Source of the DNA: a virus | Length of the DNA stretch: 64,000 nucleotides | Direction: 5' to 3' (one strand) | IMG/VR virus record: IMGVR_UViG_3300028920_000065 | Coordinates: 12,922 to 76,921 of that record | Part shown: positions 57,227-64,000 of the stretch, piece by piece | How positions within the stretch are numbered: the stretch's first letter is position 1 | Layout of the letters: every line of letters starts with the position of its first letter | Made by a program: the position numbers and the translations under genes | The notes under the pieces: model-generated | Seen by the model: only the letters and a program-made list of their open reading frames with translations | The model's database searches: none | What the model was told of the DNA's origin: nothing

Positions 57227-57751
57227 ATGCCTAACTATCTTGATGAAATGTTGGTTCAGGCTTCTGAGGTATTAAGAAGCAATCGGTTCAAAATGTCGAT
57301 TGTATTTCCTAGTATCATAAATGCTCAGCCAGAATCTTTTCTTTCTGAATATTTTATTTTGGCGGCAGAGGTTCCAAGCAAAACAATAGGTATAATAGAA
57401 ATACCAGTTATTGGTGGAAATAAATTAAAGGTCCCTGGAGATACAGTTGTTCCAGATTTTACATTTACAGTAATGCAAGATCCACTATATCTTCTTTATA
57501 GAGCATTCCATAGATGGTCTGAATATATTAATTCAATTCAATCTGGTCTCAGAGCACCTGATATTTCTGTCTTTGGAAGTATGACAATCAATCAACTTGA
57601 TTTTGCAGGTCAAACAAGACAAAGCTGGGAATTGGTGAAAATTTTCCCAACTGATCCAGGATCCATTTCATTTGATAAAAATTCAACTGATGAATTTGAA
57701 CAATATGATATTTCTGTAGCATGTAATGATATATTAACCAATTTAGTTTAA
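57227..57751 (+). CDS. gp19: Tail tube protein gp19-like
   Basis: RSNRF, AAEVPS.TIG.IEIP..G..LKVPGD, F..W, VNQLD-like, IFPT..G.I.FD, EQYDI. Confidence 0.9.
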   Translation: MPNYLDEMLVQASEVLRSNRFKMSIVFPSIINAQPESFLSEYFILAAEVPSKTIGIIEIPVIGGNKLKVPGDTVVPDFTFTVMQDPLYLLYRAFHRWSEYINSIQSGLRAPDISVFGSMTINQLDFAGQTRQSWELVKIFPTDPGSISFDKNSTDEFEQYDISVACNDILTNLV

Positions 57752-57780
57752 ATTTAACATCTTTAACATTCAAAAACTAT

Positions 57781-57857
57781 TCTGAGAGTTTCATATTTCA
57801 ATTTGTAGGGATTTTCTGGTATTTTTAATAGCAGAGTATAGATAATTATTTTTCGTT
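57781..57857 (-). repeat. Dispersed intergenic repeat copy
   Basis: Reverse complement matches 40335-40411 with about 5 mismatches. Confidence 0.9.
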
Positions 57858-57898
57858 TCTAATAAATAAAAATAGAGAAATTAAATAAGGAGTAAATT

Positions 57899-58141
57899 AT
57901 GAAAAAAGAAATTAAGAAAAATTCTTTTGTTGTATGCAAAAATAAAAAGCATTTTTTAGATGTTGTTAGAATGTTTATAAGAGATGGGTTTAAAACTAAT
58001 CTTAATTATGAAAATTTTCCTATAACAAATAATGGAATTATTGTTTTTTCTGATAATACAAGGGAAATATTTTTCTGCCCAAATTCACCTGAAAGAATTA
58101 AAGGATTAAATATTAAAGGATTTAAAGAAATAGAAATTTAA
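57899..58141 (+). CDS. Hypothetical protein
   Basis: AAGGAG RBS. Confidence 0.6.
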   Translation: MKKEIKKNSFVVCKNKKHFLDVVRMFIRDGFKTNLNYENFPITNNGIIVFSDNTREIFFCPNSPERIKGLNIKGFKEIEI

Positions 58142-58149
58142 AAATATTC

Positions 58150-58178
58150 TTGACTTTTTTAAAAAAAATTTATATTAT
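58150..58178 (+). promoter_or_regulatory. Sigma70-like promoter
   Basis: TTGACT-N17-TATTAT. Confidence 0.7.
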
Positions 58179-58210
58179 ATATCTGATGACTAACTAATTG
58201 GAGATATATT

Positions 58211-58540
58211 ATGATAAATTTTTTAAATTGTGCTTTCTTTTTAAGTTTTTTAGTATTCATATTTTTCGATATTTTAGATATTTCAAAATATTTAAATAAA
58301 TTGAGTAAAATTACTGTTTTTTCATACATATTCATTAAAGCAGCAATTCTTGTTGGGTTTTATCATCTTTTTTTGGGAGAATTACGGACATGGTTAGTTT
58401 ATTTGATGATTTTAGTTTCCATAACTTCAATTATAGATATTATTAAAAATATTATTAAGAAAGAAAGTTTAAAATTTATTTTTATTTTAAGTATTCTTGG
58501 TGGTCTTTATGTTATTATTTTATTTTTTGGAATAAATTAG
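58211..58540 (+). CDS. Multi-pass membrane protein
   Basis: About four hydrophobic segments. Confidence 0.7.
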   Translation: MINFLNCAFFLSFLVFIFFDILDISKYLNKLSKITVFSYIFIKAAILVGFYHLFLGELRTWLVYLMILVSITSIIDIIKNIIKKESLKFIFILSILGGLYVIILFFGIN

Positions 58541-58550
58541 GAGAAAATAA

Positions 58551-58931
58551 ATGGAATTAACTACATGTGATTGGGCAAGGTGTAGTCGCGTTTGGTATAG
58601 AGGTCAAATTTATACATTGCATAAAATAAATATATATGGTAGGGAAAACAATACAAGTTTAAAATTTCTAAATTTTAAAGGTTGGCATCCTGCTATTTTA
58701 TGTAAGCCTATTTTAAGACGATTTGAAGACATGACCGAGGATGAGATTGAAATGGCATATGAAATTGATAGGGAAACATGTGAAGGCGGTTGTTCCGAAT
58801 GTAATATTAATGATTTTGCGTTTTGTAAAACATCTCTAAAAATGATCGATTACCTAGACAACATAGGTATAGATCAAAGAGGTTGGATTGATTCAGGTTT
58901 GGCGGTTGATGAAAAGGAAGTAATTAGTTGA
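58551..58931 (+). CDS. Hypothetical protein
   Basis: CKPILRRFEDMTEDE motif seen in phage hypotheticals; AGGAG RBS. Confidence 0.65.
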   Translation: MELTTCDWARCSRVWYRGQIYTLHKINIYGRENNTSLKFLNFKGWHPAILCKPILRRFEDMTEDEIEMAYEIDRETCEGGCSECNINDFAFCKTSLKMIDYLDNIGIDQRGWIDSGLAVDEKEVIS

Positions 58932-59133
58932 GTTTTTCCATCATTTCTTCAAAACTAAGAAATTCACCTTTATAATCAATCACAGGAGCAGTTTTAATTC
59001 TGTATTTTCTTGCAAGTTTTAACATTTTTTGATAATCTTCAGAATAATTAAAATTAATTTTTCTTTTCATAAATTCTTTTTTAATTTTTTTACAATTTTC
59101 ACATCCCGACATCCCATAAACAATAATCGACAT
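58924..59133 (-). CDS. Glutaredoxin-like protein
   Basis: IIVYG..GCENC, TAPVI. Confidence 0.85.
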   Translation of the reverse strand: MSIIVYGMSGCENCKKIKKEFMKRKINFNYSEDYQKMLKLARKYRIKTAPVIDYKGEFLSFEEMMEKLN

Positions 59134-59203
59134 TATTAACCTCTTATCCAGTTATTCATACATTATTATTATTTATAAATAATTTTGAATGATTTAGGAG
59201 AAA

Positions 59204-59623
59204 ATGATGTTTCAATATTTTAGGGATTTAATAGGAACAAGAGAAATTGAAAATTATGAAATAATCAATTTAATTCGCTCCATTAATATAAATGATCTTG
59301 TTAATGATGTACACTTAAGAACTTATTATATACAAGATGGAGAAACAGCAGATGTAATTGCCCAGAAATTATATGGTGATAAAGATCTTTATTGGGTTGT
59401 TTATATGTCAGCTGGAATAAAAGATCCTTTTTATGATTGGCCCATGAATCAATCTGTATTAAGAGATTATTTTAAATGGTTGGTTTCAGAAGGTGAATTG
59501 ACTGGAACATCGGGCGAATGGAATACTTTAAAAAGTGAAAATGATACAAAAAAAACAATTAATATATTAAAAGAAGTTTATATTGATGATCTTATATATT
59601 TAATTGAGCAGAGGTTAGGTTAA
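59204..59623 (+). CDS. gp53: Baseplate wedge gp53-like (LysM)
   Basis: YYIQDGETADVIAQKLYGDKDLYWVV...DPFYDWPM...ENDTKKTI.IL. Confidence 0.9.
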   Translation: MMFQYFRDLIGTREIENYEIINLIRSININDLVNDVHLRTYYIQDGETADVIAQKLYGDKDLYWVVYMSAGIKDPFYDWPMNQSVLRDYFKWLVSEGELTGTSGEWNTLKSENDTKKTINILKEVYIDDLIYLIEQRLG

Positions 59624-60405
59624 TGGCAATTTTTAAAAGAGACATAGAATATATTAGATCACTGCAAAGAAGTACAGCAGCTGAAGTTGAAACAGTCAAT
59701 TCAACTGCATTTTTAAAACAAGTTCTAGCCCTTTATGGTGTAGGAAAAGCAGCTGATTTAATTGATGCTGGACTTGAAGCCGCTGGTGTCAATGCTACAA
59801 AAAGACAGGCTGGAATAGAACTTTTAGAAAAAATTCATGAATCTCATTCAAAAATACGTGGTGAAAAACAAATTGTAATTCCTTCAAATGAATTGAATGA
59901 ACTTGCTTTAATTTTTGACACAAATGGAATATCTTTAAATAATAATTTTTATGTTTCTTTTAATGGCAATTCATCTATTTCTGAAGAAGCTGCTTATACT
60001 ATGGAAGCTTATTGCATTGAAATTAATCATCCAGGCGAAGAAATTGGAATGAATAGGCTTGATCTTGGATTCATTAGAAATGAAGATATTTCTAATATAG
60101 ATTATCCTGCTGTTTCTTTTACATTTATGTTGGATAGGTATCAAGAAATTTATAGTTCTTTTAAAATGATTTTAGATAAAATGAGAAATAGAAAAACTGG
60201 AAGGTATGGTTATAGGGATGATTATTCTTTTGAAAACATTGAAATTTTTACAGTTGATCAATATAATCAGGTATATACATTTACAATTTTACTTGATTGT
60301 GTCATCAGTGGAATAGACGGCATGAATTTATCCGCATCAAATAGTGGGTTCCAAACAATTCAAATGTCAGTTACATTTGATAGTTATAAAATTAATGAGG
60401 AGTAA
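59623..60405 (+). CDS. gp54: Baseplate-tube junction gp54-like (tube-fold)
   Basis: NNFYV...C.EINHPG...Y.AVSFTFMLD...GYRDDY...MNLS...VTF. Confidence 0.6.
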   Translation: MAIFKRDIEYIRSLQRSTAAEVETVNSTAFLKQVLALYGVGKAADLIDAGLEAAGVNATKRQAGIELLEKIHESHSKIRGEKQIVIPSNELNELALIFDTNGISLNNNFYVSFNGNSSISEEAAYTMEAYCIEINHPGEEIGMNRLDLGFIRNEDISNIDYPAVSFTFMLDRYQEIYSSFKMILDKMRNRKTGRYGYRDDYSFENIEIFTVDQYNQVYTFTILLDCVISGIDGMNLSASNSGFQTIQMSVTFDSYKINEE

Positions 60406-60408
60406 AAA

Positions 60409-61227
60409 ATGAACGAGCAAAAAAATCTAATTAAAGAGGATTTATTTTCTAGAATTGGTGTAACAAAACATTTAATTCATTTAGATGTTCTTAATAAGGA
60501 TATTGAAATACGTCCTTATGCACATGGAGATACTAAAACTCTTTTGGCAATTTTATCAAAATATCAAAATCAGAAAAATCCAAAGGGATTTGAAAAAGAT
60601 ATTGTATATGCTCAGAAAAATTTAGTTGAAAATTGTATTTTGGGTGATATTACAGGAGAAAAAATAAATATTCTTGATTTACCTGTTGCTGATTACATTA
60701 AAACTGTAATTGAATTGAAAAGATTTACAACAGGAGAAACAACTCCCTTAAGATTTAAATGTGTTAATGAAGATTGTGAAGATGAAACAAAACAGCGATA
60801 TATTAAAGATTTTGTTTTTGATGTTGATGATTGTCATTTAAATTCAGAACAAAAAGATAAAAAAACAATTGAAATAGAAATGGGCGGTCAAAATGTCAAA
60901 TTTCATATGAGAGAATATTCTTTTGGAATATTATTTAACAATATAGAATTCTTTTCTGGAAATTTAAAAGATCAAGATAAAATTAATTCTTTTTATGTTG
61001 ATTTTATAGATTCAATAGAATTTCCTGATAAAAGTTTTGATAATCTTCCAAAAGAAATGAAAATAGAATTTATGAATAAAATGACCCCCAAGCAAACGAA
61101 AGAAATAATGGAATATGCTAATTTAAGACCAAAGTATATTTGGGAAAAGGAGTGGGAATGTCCAATATGTGGAGCAAAGAATATTTCAGCATTGAGAGAA
61201 GTTTCTGATTTTTTCTTTCTCTTGTAG
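60409..61227 (+). CDS. gp26: Baseplate hub/tail assembly chaperone gp26-like
   Basis: IRPY...K.LL, ENCI, LPVAD, GET, C...C, CPICG...SDFF C-terminus. Confidence 0.8.
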   Translation: MNEQKNLIKEDLFSRIGVTKHLIHLDVLNKDIEIRPYAHGDTKTLLAILSKYQNQKNPKGFEKDIVYAQKNLVENCILGDITGEKINILDLPVADYIKTVIELKRFTTGETTPLRFKCVNEDCEDETKQRYIKDFVFDVDDCHLNSEQKDKKTIEIEMGGQNVKFHMREYSFGILFNNIEFFSGNLKDQDKINSFYVDFIDSIEFPDKSFDNLPKEMKIEFMNKMTPKQTKEIMEYANLRPKYIWEKEWECPICGAKNISALREVSDFFFLL

Positions 61228-61391
61228 TCAACGGGCAAACATATTCCGATTGGCTACAGCTGACCGATTTAGCAATGGAAGTTTTACATTTAAGTTATTC
61301 AGAATTATTAAGAATGACAAGTATTGAAATAGAGTGGTTTATTTCAAGAGTTTTAAAAAGAGCTAAAGAAAGAAAAAATGGAGATAAATAA
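61209..61391 (+). CDS. -1 frame extension of gp26 (gp51-like / tail chaperone GT domain)
   Basis: Open -1 frame from the slippery T TTT TTC: FFLSLVVNGQTYSDWLQLTDLAMEVLHLSYSELLRMTSIEIEWFISRVLKRAKERKNGDK. Confidence 0.7.
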   Translation, partial: FFLSLVVNGQTYSDWLQLTDLAMEVLHLSYSELLRMTSIEIEWFISRVLKRAKERKNGDK

Positions 61392-61673
61392 TGGATGCAG
61401 CAGAAGCAAGAGTTTTAATGGATTTAAGTAGATCAATGGCAAGAATGATTAAATTGTTGGAGGAAATTAATGAAAAATTGTCTCAAAACAGTTTTGGGGG
61501 TAGCGGGGGCAAAAATCACTGAGCAATGTGAGCACCTGATTATTATAAATGGAAATCCATGGTGTTTAAAATGTAATGCTCCTATTCAAAATGAAAATGA
61601 TTCTTGTATTCTTATAAATCAATAAAATCAAATAATAAATAATAATGATAAAAATAATAAAATGGAGATATTA

Positions 61674-62024
61674 ATGAAATTATATATGGAAAATAAAAAA
61701 TTTGTTTTAATTGAATTTGATGATGAAGTAGATGAAATATATGATGATGAAACTGGATATATTGAAGAGGATGATTGGAATGATGATGAAGTAGATGAAA
61801 GGGCTGTTAAAAAATGGGTTGTCCGTGGTGGAAAAAAGAAAAAAATTAAAAGATCAACTAAAAAAGGTTTTAAAATTGTTGGTGGTAAAGAAGTTAAAAT
61901 GTCATCTAAAGAAAAACTAGTAAGAAAGAAATCTCAAAAAAAGGCTGCTAAATTGAGAAAATCAAAGAAAACACAATCTGCAAGAAAAAGAAAAATATCA
62001 TTAAAAAAACGTAAAAATATATAA
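61674..62024 (+). CDS. Prohead core protein gp68-like
   Basis: Acidic N-terminus then basic VVRGGK...GFKIVGGKEVKMS..EK..RK..QKKAA...RKRKISLKKR; late promoter at 61635. Confidence 0.7.
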   Translation: MKLYMENKKFVLIEFDDEVDEIYDDETGYIEEDDWNDDEVDERAVKKWVVRGGKKKKIKRSTKKGFKIVGGKEVKMSSKEKLVRKKSQKKAAKLRKSKKTQSARKRKISLKKRKNI

Positions 62025-62039
62025 TTTTGGGAGGAAATA

Positions 62040-62402
62040 ATGTTACTTATTATACATGATGGAAAAATAGATCTTATTGAAAAAACAGATTCAGAAATTT
62101 CAAAAGAGCAATATGATAAATTTTTAAAAAAAGATCTTGTACTTTCTCAGAAAAAAATAAAAGATCTTAATTCCATTCTTGAAAAACTTTTTAGTAAATG
62201 GAAAGAACTTGAAAAGGAAGATAGTCTTGATAAATTAGATTCAAAAGTAGAAAAAGCAATAAATTCTATTTTAGAAATTTTTAATATGGCAAAATCACAA
62301 ATAAAAGCAATAAAAATCTTCATGAGAGCCATCATGCTTTCAAGACATGTTGATAATAATTCAAAATTTTTAATTAATAAATTTCTTAATCTTAAAATAT
62401 AA
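62040..62402 (+). CDS. Hypothetical late protein
   Basis: GGAGG RBS; helical. Confidence 0.65.
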   Translation: MLLIIHDGKIDLIEKTDSEISKEQYDKFLKKDLVLSQKKIKDLNSILEKLFSKWKELEKEDSLDKLDSKVEKAINSILEIFNMAKSQIKAIKIFMRAIMLSRHVDNNSKFLINKFLNLKI

Positions 62403-62460
62403 AGGATGGACTGGGACATGCTCAGTTTGGGATAAACACTACAATTAAGGAGAGTAAACT

Positions 62461-62664
62461 ATGTTATTAACACAAAATCAAATTAATGATCTTTTTTTAA
62501 GATCATTCCAACAGGAACTTAAATTACTTATGGATAAGTATGGAGTTTCAGAGGTTGTTGATGGACCTCATGGATCAGGTTTTATTATTGGTACGAGTTT
62601 TTTAAAAATTGACGATGTACACAATATGGGAAATCCATTATATCTTCCAATTATTCGTCTATAA
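62461..62664 (+). CDS. Hypothetical protein
   Basis: AAGGAG RBS. Confidence 0.55.
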   Translation: MLLTQNQINDLFLRSFQQELKLLMDKYGVSEVVDGPHGSGFIIGTSFLKIDDVHNMGNPLYLPIIRL

Positions 62665-62721
62665 TTTTTCTTCAAATTTTTCTTTTTAATAAATAATTAT
62701 GAAATAATTTAAGGAATTAAA

Positions 62722-64000
62722 ATGGTTAATGAAAAGAAAATTATAAATGACTTTACGGATTTATTAAAATCCCTTACAGATTCAGACAAGAAAACATCAA
62801 AAAATACAGCTGAAATTTTAGCACTTACAAATGAGCAATTAAAAATATTAAGAAATTTAATTAATTCTTCGGCAGATTTTCAGGCTCAGCAAACGGAAGC
62901 TGTTTTTGAATCTCAAGCAGCAGAGGAAAAATATTATGAAAAAATGATAAAGATGGAAGAGAAAAATTTTAAAAAAGAAGATGAAAACTTTGAAGATCTT
63001 ATTAAAGAACAAGAAGCACTTTTAAATTCTTTTGAAACTACATCTGAAGAAATTAAGAAATCTAATAAAGAAAAAATAAAAGTTGATAGGAAAGGAAAGA
63101 AAAAAGAATCTGAAAGAATAGATAATTTTTCAAAGGCATCCAATTCTTTTTCTACTTTTGCTTTACAAATATCAGATATGTTTGAAATTGGTGGATTTAT
63201 GTCTGAGTTTTCAGCTATCAAAGATTTGATTTTATCTCCAATAAAACAATTTGGAAAAACTTTTCAAAATCTTTTAATGGAACCTTTAAAAGGAGTTGGA
63301 AATATTGGAATTGGTCTTGCAAAGGGACTTGGAAGAACTATTTCTGGGCTCGTTCCTGGTAAAGGAATCTTAGAAAGAGAAAAAAAAGAAACACAGCAAG
63401 AAGATATTATGGAATATAATCAAGCAATGTTAGATGTTTTATATGAAATTGAAGGAAATACAACAAAAGAAAAAGAAATGATTAAAAGTGGTTCTTTTCT
63501 TGATACCCTTAAGAAATTTTTACCTGCTGGACTTTTTGGTGCTTCTGGACTTGCTGGAAAAGCTGGGGGATTATTAAAAAAGATGGCTGGTGCCGGAATG
63601 ATTCTTGCTGGATTGTGGTTGGCGGTTGAAGATTTTATGGATGGATTTAAAGAAGGTGGAATTGGAAAAGGTTTATACAAAGCATTTGTTGGAAAATCTG
63701 AAGGAACAATTATGGGAGCATTTAAAAATGCTGGAAAATGGGCATTGATAGGTGCTGGAATTGGATCTTTTGTTCCTGTTATCGGAACTATTGCTGGTGG
63801 TCTTATTGGAGGAGCAATTGGTCTTTTGATGAATTATGTTGCTGGACTTGTTAAATCTGATGCACCTATTGGAGATAAAATAACTTCTGCTCTTTTTGGT
63901 TCTGGTTCTGGAATTATGGCTTCTGTTTTCCATGGTTCAAAATATGCTGCTGCTGGTGCTTTAATTGGTTCTGTTGTTCCTGTTGTTGGAACTATTGCTG
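62722..64000 (+). CDS. Tape measure protein (partial, runs off window end)
   Basis: Not in the ORF track. ATG at 62722 (MVNEKKII...) after the late promoter at 62689. Coiled coil followed by GAGIGSFVPVIGTIAGGLIGGAIG glycine-zipper repeats. Confidence 0.75.
   Translation, partial: MVNEKKIINDFTDLLKSLTDSDKKTSKNTAEILALTNEQLKILRNLINSSADFQAQQTEAVFESQAAEEKYYEKMIKMEEKNFKKEDENFEDLIKEQEALLNSFETTSEEIKKSNKEKIKVDRKGKKKESERIDNFSKASNSFSTFALQISDMFEIGGFMSEFSAIKDLILSPIKQFGKTFQNLLMEPLKGVGNIGIGLAKGLGRTISGLVPGKGILEREKKETQQEDIMEYNQAMLDVLYEIEGNTTKEKEMIKSGSFLDTLKKFLPAGLFGASGLAGKAGGLLKKMAGAGMILAGLWLAVEDFMDGFKEGGIGKGLYKAFVGKSEGTIMGAFKNAGKWALIGAGIGSFVPVIGTIAGGLIGGAIGLLMNYVAGLVKSDAPIGDKITSALFGSGSGIMASVFHGSKYAAAGALIGSVVPVVGTIA

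Noticed and set aside
40334-57857. Dispersed repeats as IS terminal inverted repeats of a composite transposon
   Set aside because: No transposase and no target-site duplications were seen, and the enclosed DNA is core structural genes. Kept as an unexplained repeat family instead.
62408-62430. Small hairpin GACTGGG-ACATG-CTCAGTT as a tRNA or ncRNA
   Set aside because: Too short, with no cloverleaf or T-loop; no tRNA was recognised anywhere in the window.
389-63933. Many short opposite-strand or alternate-frame ORFs (e.g. 389-634, 4152-4523, 9376-9930, 37089-37562, 56913-57227, 62934-63933)
   Set aside because: They are shadows of well-supported genes, with no RBS or recognisable motifs.
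1-64000. Stop-codon reassignment (TAG or TGA recoding)
   Set aside because: Core genes are full length in code 11, and TAG/TGA terminate genes at expected ends (gp13, gp26, MTase, queE stub). Only the sheath paralog has a suspicious in-frame TAG.

Overview
A very AT-rich 64-kb segment of a large, divergent T4-like (myovirus) phage genome read with the standard code. Morphogenesis genes are recognisable but rearranged relative to T4: gp48, gp13, gp14, gp4, gp2, gp20-gp21-gp22-gp23, gp25, gp6, gp17, gp18, gp19, gp53, gp54, gp26, a gp68-like protein and a partial tape measure. Replication and recombination genes include regA, gp46/gp47, dda, uvsY, uvsW, gp32, gp45, gp44, dNMP kinase and Rnl2. 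Accessory genes include groES-groEL, neuB/neuC plus a SAM methyltransferase (nonulosonic/sialic acid pathway), a DNA methyltransferase-SF2 helicase pair and a broken queD-queE/queC cluster. Two promoter classes are visible: sigma70-like, and an extended late motif ATAAATAATWHTGA (about 18 copies). The notable signals are: (i) the nonulosonate genes together with a Ser/Thr/Gly-rich module inserted in capsid, sheath and baseplate proteins (possible glycosylated virion; inference); (ii) an unexplained ~75-bp dispersed intergenic repeat family with 5 copies; (iii) a likely -1 frameshift at the end of gp26 giving a G/GT-type chaperone pair; (iv) a second sheath-like gene split by an in-frame TAG; (v) several deletion scars. 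No tRNA, rRNA or CRISPR array was seen. All protein calls come from motif recognition by eye, not database searches.
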